The notes below the pieces were generated by a model. It did no database searches. It worked only from the letters and a program-made list of their open reading frames with translations, and was not told the origin of the DNA. Position numbers and translations under genes: made by a program. A DNA stretch of 64,000 nucleotides from Epiperipatus broadwayi (Eukaryota > Animalia > Onychophora), in contig JAQFVV010000002.1 in NCBI GenBank assembly GCA_028023455.1, forward strand, positions 27,590,001 through 27,654,000, read 5' to 3'. Positions 13,072 to 26,367 of the stretch are shown here, one piece after another. The number at the start of each line of letters is the position of its first letter. Position 1 is the first letter of the stretch.

Positions 13072-14430
13072 TTTGGTTGTAGTCTTATAGAAAAAGATGC
13101 CGCTCGATGGCGCCATTTTCGTGCTAAAACACATAAAAATGCCGTTTCTGCGGCCGACATGTTTGAACCCGCGTTTTCTATAATACAACTTTTTTGTTGT
13201 GCTACAGATCGCAGGCCGCTATGTCGCGTCGCAGTACAGCATGTATGTCGCATCGCAGCAAATTAATTTGGCGAATTCACACAGTTTGTAGAATTGTTAC
13301 GGCTTGGTGAGAGGGTGTGTGTATTTGAATTGGATGGAAATGTTGTATTGATTGAATTTTTTTATTTTTTAAAGTATTGAAATGTTCAGATTTTCTAAAG
13401 TAATAATTATCGACTCTTTACACCGTACTGTATTGAAGTTTTAATTGGAAAAATGTTGACAAGATATATGTGTAAAGTGAGTTGGAATTAGGTAACGCGT
13501 CCAGTAACGTACTGTTCGTAACATTCCATGAGACAAACAATATTCTACCGTCTGCTTATTTTTGAAGTAAAAAATAGCGGTAACACAAAAATATCCAGTA
13601 AGAAAAGTACAATTTACTATTTTTTTAAATTTCATAAAAAGCATATATTATAAACATGGTTAATAAGTAAAGAAAACATTTTATATATATATTTGTTGTT
13701 GTTTAAAAAACGTTTACTTTCTTTCTTTTCTCTGACTACTGTTATACTTTGTTGAGTATATTTTATGTTTATTGTTATCATTTATTTTATATATGTTAAT
13801 AAAAAAAAATATTTACAAAAAGACGATTTTGATATTTTTTATTTTAGCATTACAAACAACAGAACCCTAACCCTAAAACTAACTGGTAAAACCTAACCCT
13901 AACAACTTTTACTTTTTGTTGTCATTCTATTTGAAGTAAAAAATAGTGGTAATATCTGTTTCTCTGTAAAAAATTGAAATGTAAAACGAAGACTAAAAAA
14001 GTAAAAAATAGCGGTAACACAATAATATCTGTTTCTCTGTAAAAATTTAAATTTAAAAGAAAGACTAAGAAATTTTACTTTTTATTCCGATTATGAGTTT
14101 TTAAACAACAACAAAAAAAAGAAGGCGTAACCCCACTAAAAAAATATCCTATAGAAAATAGTTTTTTCTAATAAAGCAAAATAAAAAACACGAATTAAAT
14201 TTTAATTTGTTGATTTTATTTTACAATTATTGTTATCATTTAATTTGTATATGTTAATAAAAAAAAAAATTTAAAAACACAATTTTGTTTTATTTTTATT
14301 TTCGCATTACAAAAAAAACACATCAAAATGATTAAAATCAACAGCCTGGGAATGTTCATGTTTTATAGTTTTAGCATGAAAATGACGCCATCAAGCGGCA
14401 CCTTTGTCTATAATACTAGTACCAAATATT
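13072..14430. mobile_element. Non-autonomous TIR DNA element with internal repeats and a (CCCTAA)-like patch; superfamily unassigned
   Basis: About 70-bp imperfect TIRs (aaatatttggt..tatagaaaagatgccgctcgatggcgccattttcgtgctaaaac vs 14361-14430). Internal repeats aaaaatagcggtaacac; aaccctaaccctaa at 13863-13903. Exact termini uncertain. Confidence 0.7.
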
Positions 14431-14883
14431 TGTAGCCTATCCAATCTTTTTACATTTGCAATGCACTTCCAAAATATGTTATATATCTTGGAACTATCGT
14501 TCAAGCTCAATGTATAATATCCTATTCTCTATACACACATATAACTATGTTATACTTATATCCACATAATACAAAATGTATTTAAAATAGTAGGGATAAT
14601 ATAAGTGGTTAATTGCTTTTAGTTGCATGTGGCACTATCAACAGAATTATTTTTTTAAAGAATATAGATAATTTGATTTCTAGTAGGCCGTTGGACAATA
14701 AATGCTACATATATTTTTTACACCAGGAGTATCCAAACTCTATAAGGCACTCGTCAATTTAGTAAAGCTGTAAATTTTTTAATATTTTAATTTACAGATT
14801 GAACAGTCCTACAGAGATTGCCAGAAATTATATCTGCACACATCAGTACATTTAAACATTTTGCATAGGTTTCACTATAAATA

Positions 14884-15137
14884 TATGATCAGTAGATGGA
14901 GCTTTACCAATAGCTCCTAACAAGCTTTGTTTACATAAATGCCGAGAGAGATAGAATTCAATATCTCTTTCATTGTCTCCCACCTCCAGACAATGATTTC
15001 CAGCTAGTTGGCTCACATCAGTGAAGGGTTGGAAGAGGTGGGAGACAACGAAAGAGATATTGAATTCTATCTCTCTCGGTATTTATGTAAACAAAACTTG
15101 TTAGGAGCTATTGGTAAAGCTCCATCTAGTGATCATA
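14884..15137 (-). mobile_element. Near-perfect foldback (about 103-bp arms, 4 mismatches) whose loop is a hammerhead motif
   Basis: Arms 14884-14986 and 15035-15137. The loop on the minus strand reads CCCTTCA CTGATGT GAGC CAACTA GCTG GAAA TCATTGTC TGGAGG. Confidence 0.8.
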
Positions 15138-15583
15138 AAATGCAAGCTAAAGGCAAGTTATGAAATTTATAACTCGTTTTGTTTATCATATATATATATA
15201 CTTAAAAATATTTAACAAATGTAAATCCTGTATGCATATCTACATAAGTGTGTATATGTAAAAAATTTCATTATAAATTTTTATTTTTAAAAAACTGCCT
15301 AGTTTTTATTAGAAATTCTTGCTTTATTCTAACTACTTCAGAAACGATTTTTACTAAGGTTTGAGAAGTGTCAAACTTGTTTATATATTTTTTATCAGAC
15401 TCAATCAATAGTTTCCCCTTACTGGTTTTTAATCTTATAAAAAAGAAAAAAAACACTCAAGATCTTTATAAATACTTTTTGTCCATCTATTTTAAAAAAT
15501 AAGTCTAAAATATATATTGTGTATATATATGTTGTACACCACAAAGAGAATGAACTAAAAAAGATATATATAATTATATCATA

Positions 15584-16157
15584 ATTAGAAGGAACTTGCA
15601 CTCAGATTTTCAAACTCCCTACAACTTTGTATTCCATCTCATATGACCGATATACATGACCCCATACATGTGAAAAAGGTAAATGATCTCCAATATACAT
15701 ATTGCATGCTGAACCAGCACTCATCAGTTGGTCTAGATCACCATCTCTCCCACACATGTATACAATCAGTGCTCAGTTTATATTAAGATAGCAAATCTTC
15801 AAACTTTAATGGACAAGTTTCAATCTTCTCCGCCTTCCAACTCTATGGATGGCTAAAGATCTTCGTTGGAGAAGATTGAAGCCTTTCCATTAAGGTATGT
15901 AGATTTGCTATCTTAATATAACTGAGCACTGTTTATATATATATGTGTATGTGGGAGATGATAATCTAGACCAACTGATGAGTGCTGGTTTAGTACGAAA
16001 TATGTGTACTGGTAATTATTTATCTTTTCTACATGTGTGTGGTCATGTGTATCAGTATAAGATGGAGTGTGTAGCTGTAGGGAACTTGAAAGACTGAGTT
16101 CAAGTCTCTTCGAATTACATTAGGTTTAGTATAGAAAATATATTTGAATATTATAAA
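15584..16157 (+). mobile_element. Foldback (about 250-bp arms) with one outward-reading hammerhead per arm
   Basis: Arms 15584-15832 and 15869-16117. HHR cores at 15727-15721 (minus) and 15975-15981 (plus). Possible 8-bp TSD ATATCATA (15576-15583 and 16158-16165), which is weak in AT-rich DNA. Confidence 0.8.
15970..16013 (+). ncRNA. Minimal type-I hammerhead ribozyme, canonical core
   Basis: ACCAA CTGATGA GTGCT GGTTT AGTAC GAAA TATGTGTA CTGGT: intact CUGAUGA and GAAA, 5-bp stem II closed by G-C, GUA triplet. Confidence 0.78.
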
Positions 16158-17927
16158 ATATCATACTATATACACAAATATTTTTAACAATGCCTTGTAT
16201 TTAATTTCAACTTTATGTGCAGTCTAGATAAAAGACAAAGTTGGCTGTAGCTGATTCTTCCTAATTTGCACCAAATTATCTAAGATCTCAATATAATTGT
16301 TGCAATCTCAACACCAACATAATAATCAAAAGATTAGAAATATGTAGTGCTATACATGTTCATAAATAAAGTCATTTTAAAATTAAATGATATGCAAACT
16401 AGGTCATTATAAACATTTCAGCAAAAATAAATAAATAAATATATATTAAAATACAAAAGAAATATTCATGAGATTTTAGTTCTCTTTAAAATTCAAAGAA
16501 TCATGCTCTATTATTTATTTTCATTTATGTAGCTATAAAAAACAACTTATAAATATAGTCTTTATTAAAAAATTATTCTAAATTCAATTAAAAACAAATT
16601 AAAAAAAATTATTTAAAAACAATTATTAATATATATATAATTCCAATACATCTAATCCTTTCATATAAAATTAATTTTTAAGTAACATTTATAAAATTTA
16701 ATTTACATAATATATATATGCACCATTTTGGAATCGGTAATCGTGATAAACTATTGTACAATAACAATAAATTCTGTATAAAATAGTAACAATATAAATT
16801 CATTCATATAAACTATAGAGACAGGATGAAAGATTTGAAATGAGATCCTGAGAAGACCCCCCACCCCCCAATCAAAACAAAATATCTTTTTTGAGACATT
16901 GCATATATGTTGATTATAAATATCATTCCTAATATCTCACATCATGATTTACTAGAGAATGAAACTCTTACAATAACCAGATATTGGTTCCTGTTAAGGT
17001 CTAAAGCTACTGACTATTCCCCTCTCTTATCAGACCAGTTTTACAAAAATTAGAATCAATATCTTTCAAGACTTGATTAACTATAATTCATGATGTCATT
17101 TTCACATCTTAGTGGAGTATGATGATTTGATTAATAGTAAATCTTATTACTAAACTTTTATATCAAATAATCATTTTCCTGTAAAAATTATAATAGGTCA
17201 CAAATTCTTTTATATATATATTTAGTGTCAAAAAAGACTATAAGTTAAATGTTATCTTATGCAAATGCACTTTCTTAATACTAAATATCTTTGTGGTAAA
17301 CCATCAGTTTGTGCTTAAAATTGTTTCTTGTAGACATGTAAAGTATGTAGAAATGGTATGGAATTTAAGTTATTCAAAAGCTAAAGCAAGGAACATTTTC
17401 TATCAAGTAGCAATGGCTATTTTTTATATTTATTCTACATGCACAGATATGATTTTTAAACTAATTGAAGATTAGATTTCTGGTTATTATTATCATTTTT
17501 GAGCAATGCTCAACTTAAACTATTCTGGTCAAATATTATTAATAGAAAAGTATTTAATCACAGAGCAAAATATTTAGTTTATATGTTTTAAACTTTAAAA
17601 TTTAATTTTGATTGCATTATTATGGAAAACAAATAACTATTTAAGTGTTTTTAATTATTTACTTATCTTTAACCTTATTTATAATTACATATAAAATAAT
17701 GCATTATGTCAATTTTAGTATACACAGATACAAAAATATATAGATATAAATATTATGTAGGAAGAAAAAAAAATTATAATAAGCAATTAAACACTTAAAT
17801 ATGGTTTCCGAAATTATTCCTGTCTATTAATTTATCTTAAAATTATAGATATACTCTAAAGAGAATTCAAATAAGAAGAATATCGTTTCCTAATTTCCCT
17901 TAAAATGATAGATAAACAGAAACATAC

Positions 17928-18035
17928 TTTGTAGCCCCCTCTTGCTCTTGCGTTCCTTTTTGTACTGCTCCTTCATTTTGGATAAAAGTTGCTGGTCAAC
18001 ACCCCATTCTTCACAAGGAGAAAGATCCTTTTTCT
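17928..18035 (-). CDS. STRN3: Striatin-3/Cka-like, internal coding exon (108 nt, phase 1/1, symmetric): EKKDLSPCEEWGVDQQLLSKMKEQYKKERKSKRGLQ
   Basis: Matches STRN3 DKDDLSPTAEVWDVDQGLISKLKEQYKKERKGKKGVK. Acceptor gttgttgcag|AG, donor CAA A|gtatgt. In phase with the GTEW exon 29.7 kb upstream. Confidence 0.92.
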
Positions 18036-21000
18036 CTGCAACAACAAACAAGGACCAAGATCAACCAGACTTGAAATCCAAAGCCAAAAGCCACCCAAAC
18101 AAGCTCATTAATTTCTAACAATACCCCCAGAAGATGATAGTAAGCATAAAATTAGAGAAATAAAAAAAAAAGAGGAAAAGGGGGGAGGAAAAGAAAGATT
18201 AGAATGTACTGCAAAAGCCTTATAAAAGCTTTTCGTTATTTTTTAAAAATTTATTTAAACAAACAAACAAAAAAAAAAAAGAATCAAAGATTGAGCAGAA
18301 GCAGCAGAAAAAAAAAAAGATTAAAAAAAGATAGTTTTTTCATGTTCATTTTGAAAGATCCAGCCTGGTTTAGTATAGCAAGTTACATATAAATGTTTAG
18401 CATAAGTATGTATGTTTAAGTACACACATCATAAAATGTTAAAAGTTTCCATAATATATAGACATAACATGGTAATCAAATACAAAGTAGGTAAAAATAA
18501 ATTAAATAACTGACTTTTAAAATAAGCTTTCGATTTTAATCATAAAAAATTATATATATATATAACAACAAAGAAGGCAACACATTTTCATAATTGAAAC
18601 AAATAATAATTCCAAAGTTACTTAATATTAACACAGAATTTGATTAGCAATGTTTTTTATTCTCAAAATTCTAAATTACGCCCTCTCTGGGGTAATATAA
18701 AATTAGTTATAACAACAAAAATCTATAAGTTTACTGTCTGCATGTTTTAAAATTTGAAATGATTACAAGATTTTATAAATAAGATGTATTTGTATGTCTC
18801 CCAGCATAAATATCAATAAAAATATTTTTATTAATATTTAAATGATTTATGGTTTATATGTATAAATTTTAACATATATATATATACACATACGCACACA
18901 CCTATATATATATGACAAAAACTATCAACAACAAATATAAAACACAACCTGTAATAGCAGTAATCACATTTCTCGACTCATATTTCAATTATTCCTTTTT
19001 TTAAGAAATAAATGCTTCAATTTGTAATTAAAATGAGAGGAGGGAGGGAAATTTTTTCAGCAAAACCAAGGTTGATTATTTGTCATCAAAATGGGTTTTA
19101 TTAAAAAAAAAAAAAAAAACATAAAATTTAATAAAATCAATGATGAAGGATGATATATTGTATCAAGAGATATATTGAGGAACTCCAAGAAGAGGAAATA
19201 TTAACATTTTAGATTTTGTAATAAATCCATTACCTTGCATTGTTTTTACTATTTGATCCATCTTTTTAAGTAAAAAGCTTGTAGCTATCTACCTACCTGT
19301 CATATTAAACTTCTGGAAAAACGAATTTCACTAAGAGTAGCTATACTGATCTTAAATTTTGGCCAGTTCCTTGACCATCAGTACATTTCTCTATTCTGGT
19401 CATGAAGTAAAGCAAGCACATTTCGTGTATATATATTTAGAAAAAAAAAATTTTTAATAATTAAATTCTCAGTACTACCACTAATATCCATTTTACTACT
19501 CATATTATTTTTATCATCTTTATGGGTAATTCAGCAGGCAGGGCAATCTAATCAGAATGTTTTGAGACAGACCACTTTTAGATCAGATTTTCTAGATCAA
19601 ATAAGGTTGACTAGACATACAATCTTTGCCCAGATGAAACTCATCTCAAATCCAGTTCCTATCTACCTCATTAGTGAATGTACTGACCCGAGAAAAGATA
19701 AGGGGATGTGGTTGCACAAATAAAGTCCGATTGTCAGTTAGTATAGGGAGGTAACAAATGGCATGAGGCTAATAATAAATGTATATACAAACCTGTGTAT
19801 ATTTGATACTAATGATACAAATATTTAAAAAATTGTATACACGTTTTAAGCAAAACCTAAAATAACATTTATTGTGGAAAAACCATACTGTATTCTTAAA
19901 TGACATGCAATATCTGTTATTTCCTTTTCAATCATTTCTAGTTTTATATTTAAGCATATATGTAGAACTTTTTTTAATTGTAATGATATTAAAAACATAG
20001 TAAAATAAATATATGTACTATACTAGTTAAACAAAAATACAATAGATATGCTAAAGTTTATTTAAACTTTTACAGTTTCGTTCACATTATAAGATAATGA
20101 ATACAATATGTTTTTAAAATATTCACATTCTCATTTTTTTGTCTGGGTGTGAAAATACACATTTTTAAAAAGCTTTTCACTGAAATAGTTAACTTCCCCC
20201 AAATTTCCATTTTGTTAAAGAGCAAGAAGTTTTTATTATGCAGTTCTATAATTGTGGTAAAAATATATAAGAATTCATTTGTGAATAATTCATTTTTAAA
20301 TAATCCAATTCCAAAAAAAATTTTACTTTTGTTTTTGCAAGATTTTTTATTTATTTATTTTTACAAAAATATATTAATGTATTTTCTTTCTTATTTATTT
20401 TTATTGACAATTATTATAATCAGATGATAATTTTCTTGTATGTCATATTATAAAAACAAAAACATATTTATTCTTTATCCCTCCCCTTTACATAACTACA
20501 TAAATAAGTTAGATAAATAAGCTATTCCATTTTTTTGTTTCTTGCATATTGTGTTTTCATTCTTTTTATTATATAAATAATAATTAACTTTTCCACTGAT
20601 ATCACAGTTTTTAATATTTAGTGTTTTCTTGATTATCATCAATAATTTCTAATATTTTTGTATTATAATTGTTACGTCCTGGCTATTTGAGAATATTTAA
20701 TAATGTGTAAAAAAAAAAAAACTTTTTTAAAATAATGCTTTCATGTAAACAGACAACTAAAAAGTAGAAAAATAAAATAATTCAATTAAAAATCATGTTG
20801 TATCATTTCATAAAACCATTTGAGGTCTTTTTAATTTTATAGCCTCAAATGCTTTTATGAAATAACATAACATGTTTCTTTAGAAGGATTACTTTGTTAT
20901 TGTTCTACTTTTTAGTTGACTGTTTACATAAAAGCATTATTTTTTAAAAAATCATTTGTTTTTACATATTATTTTTTTACTTTTCAGTTACATTTACATA

Positions 21001-21399
21001 TTATTTTAAAAAATGATTAAAATTATAAAAAAATTAGGCAAAAATTATAATTAAATAAGACGTGAAAATAAAAAATATGCCTTCTAGCACACAAATTCTA
21101 AATTTAAATATGTAATTATTTACTATATAAAAATATTTATGTATTGGCTTTTTAATTAAATATGAATTAAATCAACATTAACAAAATTTTATTCTACAAA
21201 TATTTTAGTTGGGAAGCATACAGATGTGAGTATGAATTCTAAATAGGAAGATTTTTTTTATTGATAAAAATTCAAAAATTTGAACACACAGACAGGGCAA
21301 ATTAATATGAAAGCATTTTAAAATTATTTTGGTGCAGTTCTTTTGTATGTACTAACAGTTGGTGGAACCACAACATGAAAGTTAACAAGATACTGATTA

Positions 21400-22593
21400 C
21401 ACCTGGGTCTTGTTTAATGCGGTAGATAGGTTCCGCAGAAAACCCACATTAAAAAATATCCCACAAAAATAGACTTAACTTACCTTAAAAAATGGGGGAT
21501 AGGTTTTGTAATGTTCAGAAATCGCATAAATGCAAAGCAACAATAAAAAATTACATTAAAAAAAATAAGGAAATAAAGTATGACTAATAAAAAATTTCAA
21601 ATATTTGAAAAAAATTGATACAAGACAAACTTTTTTTATTAACTACAGTATTTAATTTTGCATTTTTTCACTCATATTTCAATCACTATCACTATTTGAC
21701 AATATGCGCTTCATTTGTACACGGGTAAGAAATCAGATTCGTCACAAGAGAAGTACAACTAGCGCCACTTTCAGTCTTGTGCTGTGTTGATGGTTTTCTG
21801 TCGACAATGTAATCGGTGATTAAACTTTGAGACAATGATTTTACTAATTGTTTATAAAGCTCACGATATCCAGACATATAACTTATTTAGCTCTCGTTGG
21901 AATTTAAGAGGTTGTTCATTGCAGCAAACTCTCTCAGATTTCAGCATTTTCTGATGTTTTTTCTTTATCTCACACAACGTAAAATCTATGATTAAATGAT
22001 TACTTGTCAGAAAATAATAAATTTGTCTTTATTTGATAGATATTTTTGTTTACTACTGCAATAAAAAGTTCACATTTTGTTTCTATATTAAAAAAATGAG
22101 AACTCAATCAAAACAAAAAGATTATACATTATCGTTAGAAAGATTATTTTCAGTTTACAAAATCTTCGTTATTTATTTTAAAAATCTAAAAGAATATTTA
22201 TTTCTGTTATATCTAACAAAATATGTTTTAAAAGTTTAAAATTTTTGAATATTTATTGGGATATTTTTATACTTGTAAGTATAAATCTATTATTATTATT
22301 TACTCATAAGTATAAGTAGGTTATTTACATAGAAACTAAGATTCTAAATACAGCTTCAGGCCATATTCATGTTAGCTGCTAATATAATGTTATATTTTGA
22401 AAAAGAAAAAAAAAAGTATTTCAAGTCAAAATAAGTTATTAATAATTTAAATTTTTTGATATCTAATAAATATAGTGAAATATGAACTTCTTTATCACAT
22501 AAAAGAAAACCTGCATAAAAAGATATTAAGAAGAAACATGAATCTCATAACTTCAAAATCACATTAAAAAATCAGCATAAAACGACTCAGGTG
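21400..22593 (+). mobile_element. Older diverged member of the same TA-flanked pogo/Tigger-like family
   Basis: TA|CACCTGGGTCTTGTTTAATGCGG ... AAACGACTCAGGTG|TA. The first about 460 bp are colinear with 11905-12370. Confidence 0.75.
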
Positions 22594-23036
22594 TAATGGT
22601 TTTTTTTTTTAAAAAAAAAATGAAAATATCAGTTCTTTAAAATATGACTGCTTAAAAAAAAAAAAAAAAATGAAAATAATGTTTATCAAATGAGAATTGA
22701 GGGGGGGGGGGATCATCAAGTGTGAGAAACATAAATATTGTGGAAGAAATTAAGATTACCTATGAGAGCCAAGACAAATCAAAAAAAGAAAATAACATGT
22801 AGGGAAAAATTGATAACAGTCTTATATTTCAAATAGAGTATACCATAAATGTCAGTTTTTATGGCATCAATAGGTAACATTATAATAGTGCTTAACATCT
22901 AGACTATATATATTGGAAAATTTGTCAATGAGGCTTAAATGTAGATCTTTTCATTGCTTTACTGATATTTGTGACACTTAACAGGAAATTGCCAATAAGG
23001 TTACATTGACAGTGCTTGATTGCTTTTTCAAGTAAA

Positions 23037-24051
23037 CACCTGGGTCTCTTTTTACGCGGACTTATTTAACACGATTTTGAAGTTATGCGATTCGTGTTTC
23101 ACCGGAAGTGTGTTAAATAAGTCCGCGTAAAAAGAGACCCAGGTGTATGAACTCCGATAATGCGCTATTACTTTAAATAGTAAATTTCGCGCACTTACGT
23201 TATATTGAAAGTAATAGCACATTATTGGAATTCGACTTTCATCTTAGTAATTTCAATATTTTCAGTGCTTTATAATAATTAAGATTTTATGCAATAATGA
23301 AATTAAAATCATAACTTCCACATTTTATATATACACACATTAAATTTTACCAGATTATAATGTAAATTTGTTCAAACATTGTACGTGTTAATTTGCATTT
23401 TAAATCACATTCTGTTTTTGCTTTTTAAAAAAAAACGTAATCAATTATTAATCATTTAGTGTCCACAAGTTTATTTTTAAAAGGTCAGTAATAGCAGTGG
23501 CCACAATTAAATTTGACAATTAAAATCTCATTTTTATTTGTAATTAACAATTTAAAAATTACTTACTGCGACTTGAAATTAATGTGAAATTTGATTTTTA
23601 AACGGAATTGAAAATTAAAGACAAAAATAAGAATTTAATTTTTAGTTGTTAGTTTCATAAACAATTAATAAAATCATCATCTCAAAGATTAATTACTAAT
23701 TACGTTGTCACCAGAAAACCACTGTTACAACATGAGTGTGAAGTTGGCGCTAGTTGTTTGCAAACGAACGTGTTATTTTGAATAAAATTAAATATTATAG
23801 TTAAAAAAAGTTTGTCTTGTATCAATTTTTTTCAAATTTGAAATTTTTTACTAGTCATATTTTATTTCCTTTTTTTTTTTTTTGCGCGAATTTTAAAGTA
23901 ATTTTACGTTGGTGCTTTGCTTTTACGTGAATTTTGAAAAATCACAGACCACACCCCCCCTTTTCAATGTAAGTTACGTCTATTTTTGCGCGATTTCGTT
24001 TGTGCATGTTTTCTGAGAAACCTATCTATCGCGTAAAATGAGACCCAGGTG
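23037..24051 (-). mobile_element. Second copy of the 11905 element in opposite orientation, with an extra inverted copy of its terminus at 23110-23145
   Basis: Reverse complement of 11905-12955 throughout. Ends AGACCCAGGTG|TA at 24051. Confidence 0.88.
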
Positions 24052-24801
24052 TACTTTTTTTTTTCAATTGGTTTGCATTATGCATTAAAATGTAAATAAT
24101 ATCCAGTTTGTTTTCTAAATAAATGTAATATTTTTTTTTGTTTTCCGAATAAATTATAGAATTGTCATGTTTTCATAAAATATTAAAATATAATTTCAAT
24201 TCTGTTTGTTTTCTTTACAAATTATATTGCTTTCATGTTTCTATAAAATATGAAAATGTATTTATAATCATGTTGTTTTCTAAACAAATTGTATTGCTTT
24301 CATATTAAAATGTACATATCATGTTTGTTATTTAAATAAATTTTATTACCTTCATATGTTAAAATGTATATGATATCATGTGTTTTATAAATAAATTTTA
24401 TTATTTTAATATTGTCCCTCTGCCTCTGAAAAATATATTATTTGAAATAAAGTAATATTATTTTCATTCTTAAAAAAAGTAACAGACTGATTGATTAGCA
24501 TCTTTTTGTACATTTTCATAAATGGATAGTGGCACCATCAACAGATAATGTATGTAAAAGAATGTCATCCTGAATATTTTTCTACCATTCTTTTTCTTGG
24601 AATTTGAACAAGTTACTTAATATATTTCATTCATATTTTCTAAATTATTTATTTACTTTTGCTAATAATTTAAAATATTTTTAATATAAATTTTTAATCA
24701 ATGTTTGGATTATTTCATTTTTTAATTCAATTTTTAAATAGCTTCTATTTCTTTTTGAATATGTCTATTGTTTTTGAATTAATAATGACTTCTGCTTAAT
24801 G

Positions 24802-24880
24802 TAGGGCGACCAGATGGCCCAATTTTTGATTAGATGTCCCAGTGTCCCTGAAATGTCTTTTCAGGACTGCTGTTATGTCC
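24802..24880 (+). mobile_element. Possible hAT-type transposon terminus fragment
   Basis: TAGGGCGACCAGATG followed by repeated TGTCCC/TGTCCT subterminal motifs. The other end was not found. Confidence 0.35.
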
Positions 24881-26240
24881 TGATTTTCATACACTCATAA
24901 TTATTATTTGTCTTATATAAACAATTCATTACAAAAATGATAATTTCTTGGCCCTCTCTGTCCATTTCAATCTCTACAGTAATATTATAAAAACTTCAGA
25001 CAAATTCCAACACTAAAACAAAGATCGCTATTACATTATATGGCCAGATTCTTAAGCTAGACACATTTTCACATCCAACCTCACTTTGGAGTATATGCAG
25101 CTGGATTTTTGTAGACTAAAATTTGAACTGTGCTTGCATCTGCTTTGATTGACAGTGTAGCTTTACTAGTTCTTTGTTGATATTAATTGTCCAGTGATAA
25201 AATTAATAGGAATATTAGTAACTCACCCTAGCTTAATGGCTTTTTGCCATAACAGTAATTTACGACACAAAAAATTATATCAAGAAACCATTATCTGTGA
25301 TGATTTTCCCATCTTTATAAAACTATTAAATAGTGCAAATTGTTTAAACATTGTTGAATTAACAAATATCTGACAGGCATATATACACATAATAAATTAC
25401 GGTATAGCTTTAAATAAAACTTCAAATATTTAGCAGCATGTGGTACTATTATGGTATAAGAGTTGCAACTATTAAAGTTCATTTTTATAAAATTTACATA
25501 TATAGGAATTATAAATAATTCAGTTTAAAAATTTATTTTCACTAAAAAAATATTTATTGTAATCTATTTTTATTGAAGTTAGAGTAAAATTTTAAAATTG
25601 AATTTTAATATATTTACATTCAATATAATTTGCTGAAATTTGATACACTTCTTATAAATCATTGGCAAAGCAATATGACACTAAAATTTTTTAAATCCAA
25701 AGTATTGGGTGGATGAATTTCAATATCAAATTTAAAATACATTCAAATCACTTCAATAAGTTTTCAGTAATGGTGCAAGAGGGCAATATATATATATTTA
25801 AAAAACTAAAGTATCTTACCAATGTTTTAAAATCGATATAAAACCAAGACTTCATTATACGTTTCCTTTTTAAAAAAGTAGGCCATTTTTTATTTTGATA
25901 GTTGATTTTAACAATTTTTCTCAAATAAATTATATTGTAAATGATTTTTAATTGGTGTGCTTTCACTTTCCAATATTAAACAGACTACTAAATTTTCAAT
26001 GATGTATGGAGAGAGTCGTATTTATATGTTTTTAAAAAGGGTTACAGGAAAAATTATTTTTGTGTCACTTTTTGAATCTACTTTTGATAAATATAAACGC
26101 ATAGTGTAAACAATTTTTACTTAATATGCATGGTTTTAATTTCAAACATTAAAATGATTGGAATAATTGTAAAAAATATTTACAATGAACACTTTTATTT
26201 ACTATGAAATGAAAAACTAAGAGAATAATTGTTTCTTCAA

Positions 26241-26367
26241 CCATTTAACTTGAAATAAAAGTGCTGCAGGTCCAGAAATTAATCAAGTCAATCCCTACTT
26301 TTTACAATAAGAGATTGACTTAATTAATTTTTGGGCCTCGCATACTTTTATTTAGAGTTAAATATAA
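26241..26367. repeat. Imperfect foldback, about 55-bp arms
   Basis: atttaacttgaaataaaagtgctgcaggtccagaaattaatcaagtcaatc / gattgacttaattaatttttgggcctcgcatacttttatttagagttaaat. No hammerhead or TSD seen. Confidence 0.7.

Noticed and set aside
1-17927. Next constitutive striatin exon (R[AP]NR..L...L..L) and WD40 exons; also the upstream KQGRQLLRQ exon in 60224-64000
   Set aside because: Scanned by eye and not found, so they are presumed to lie outside the window. A very short exon could have been missed.
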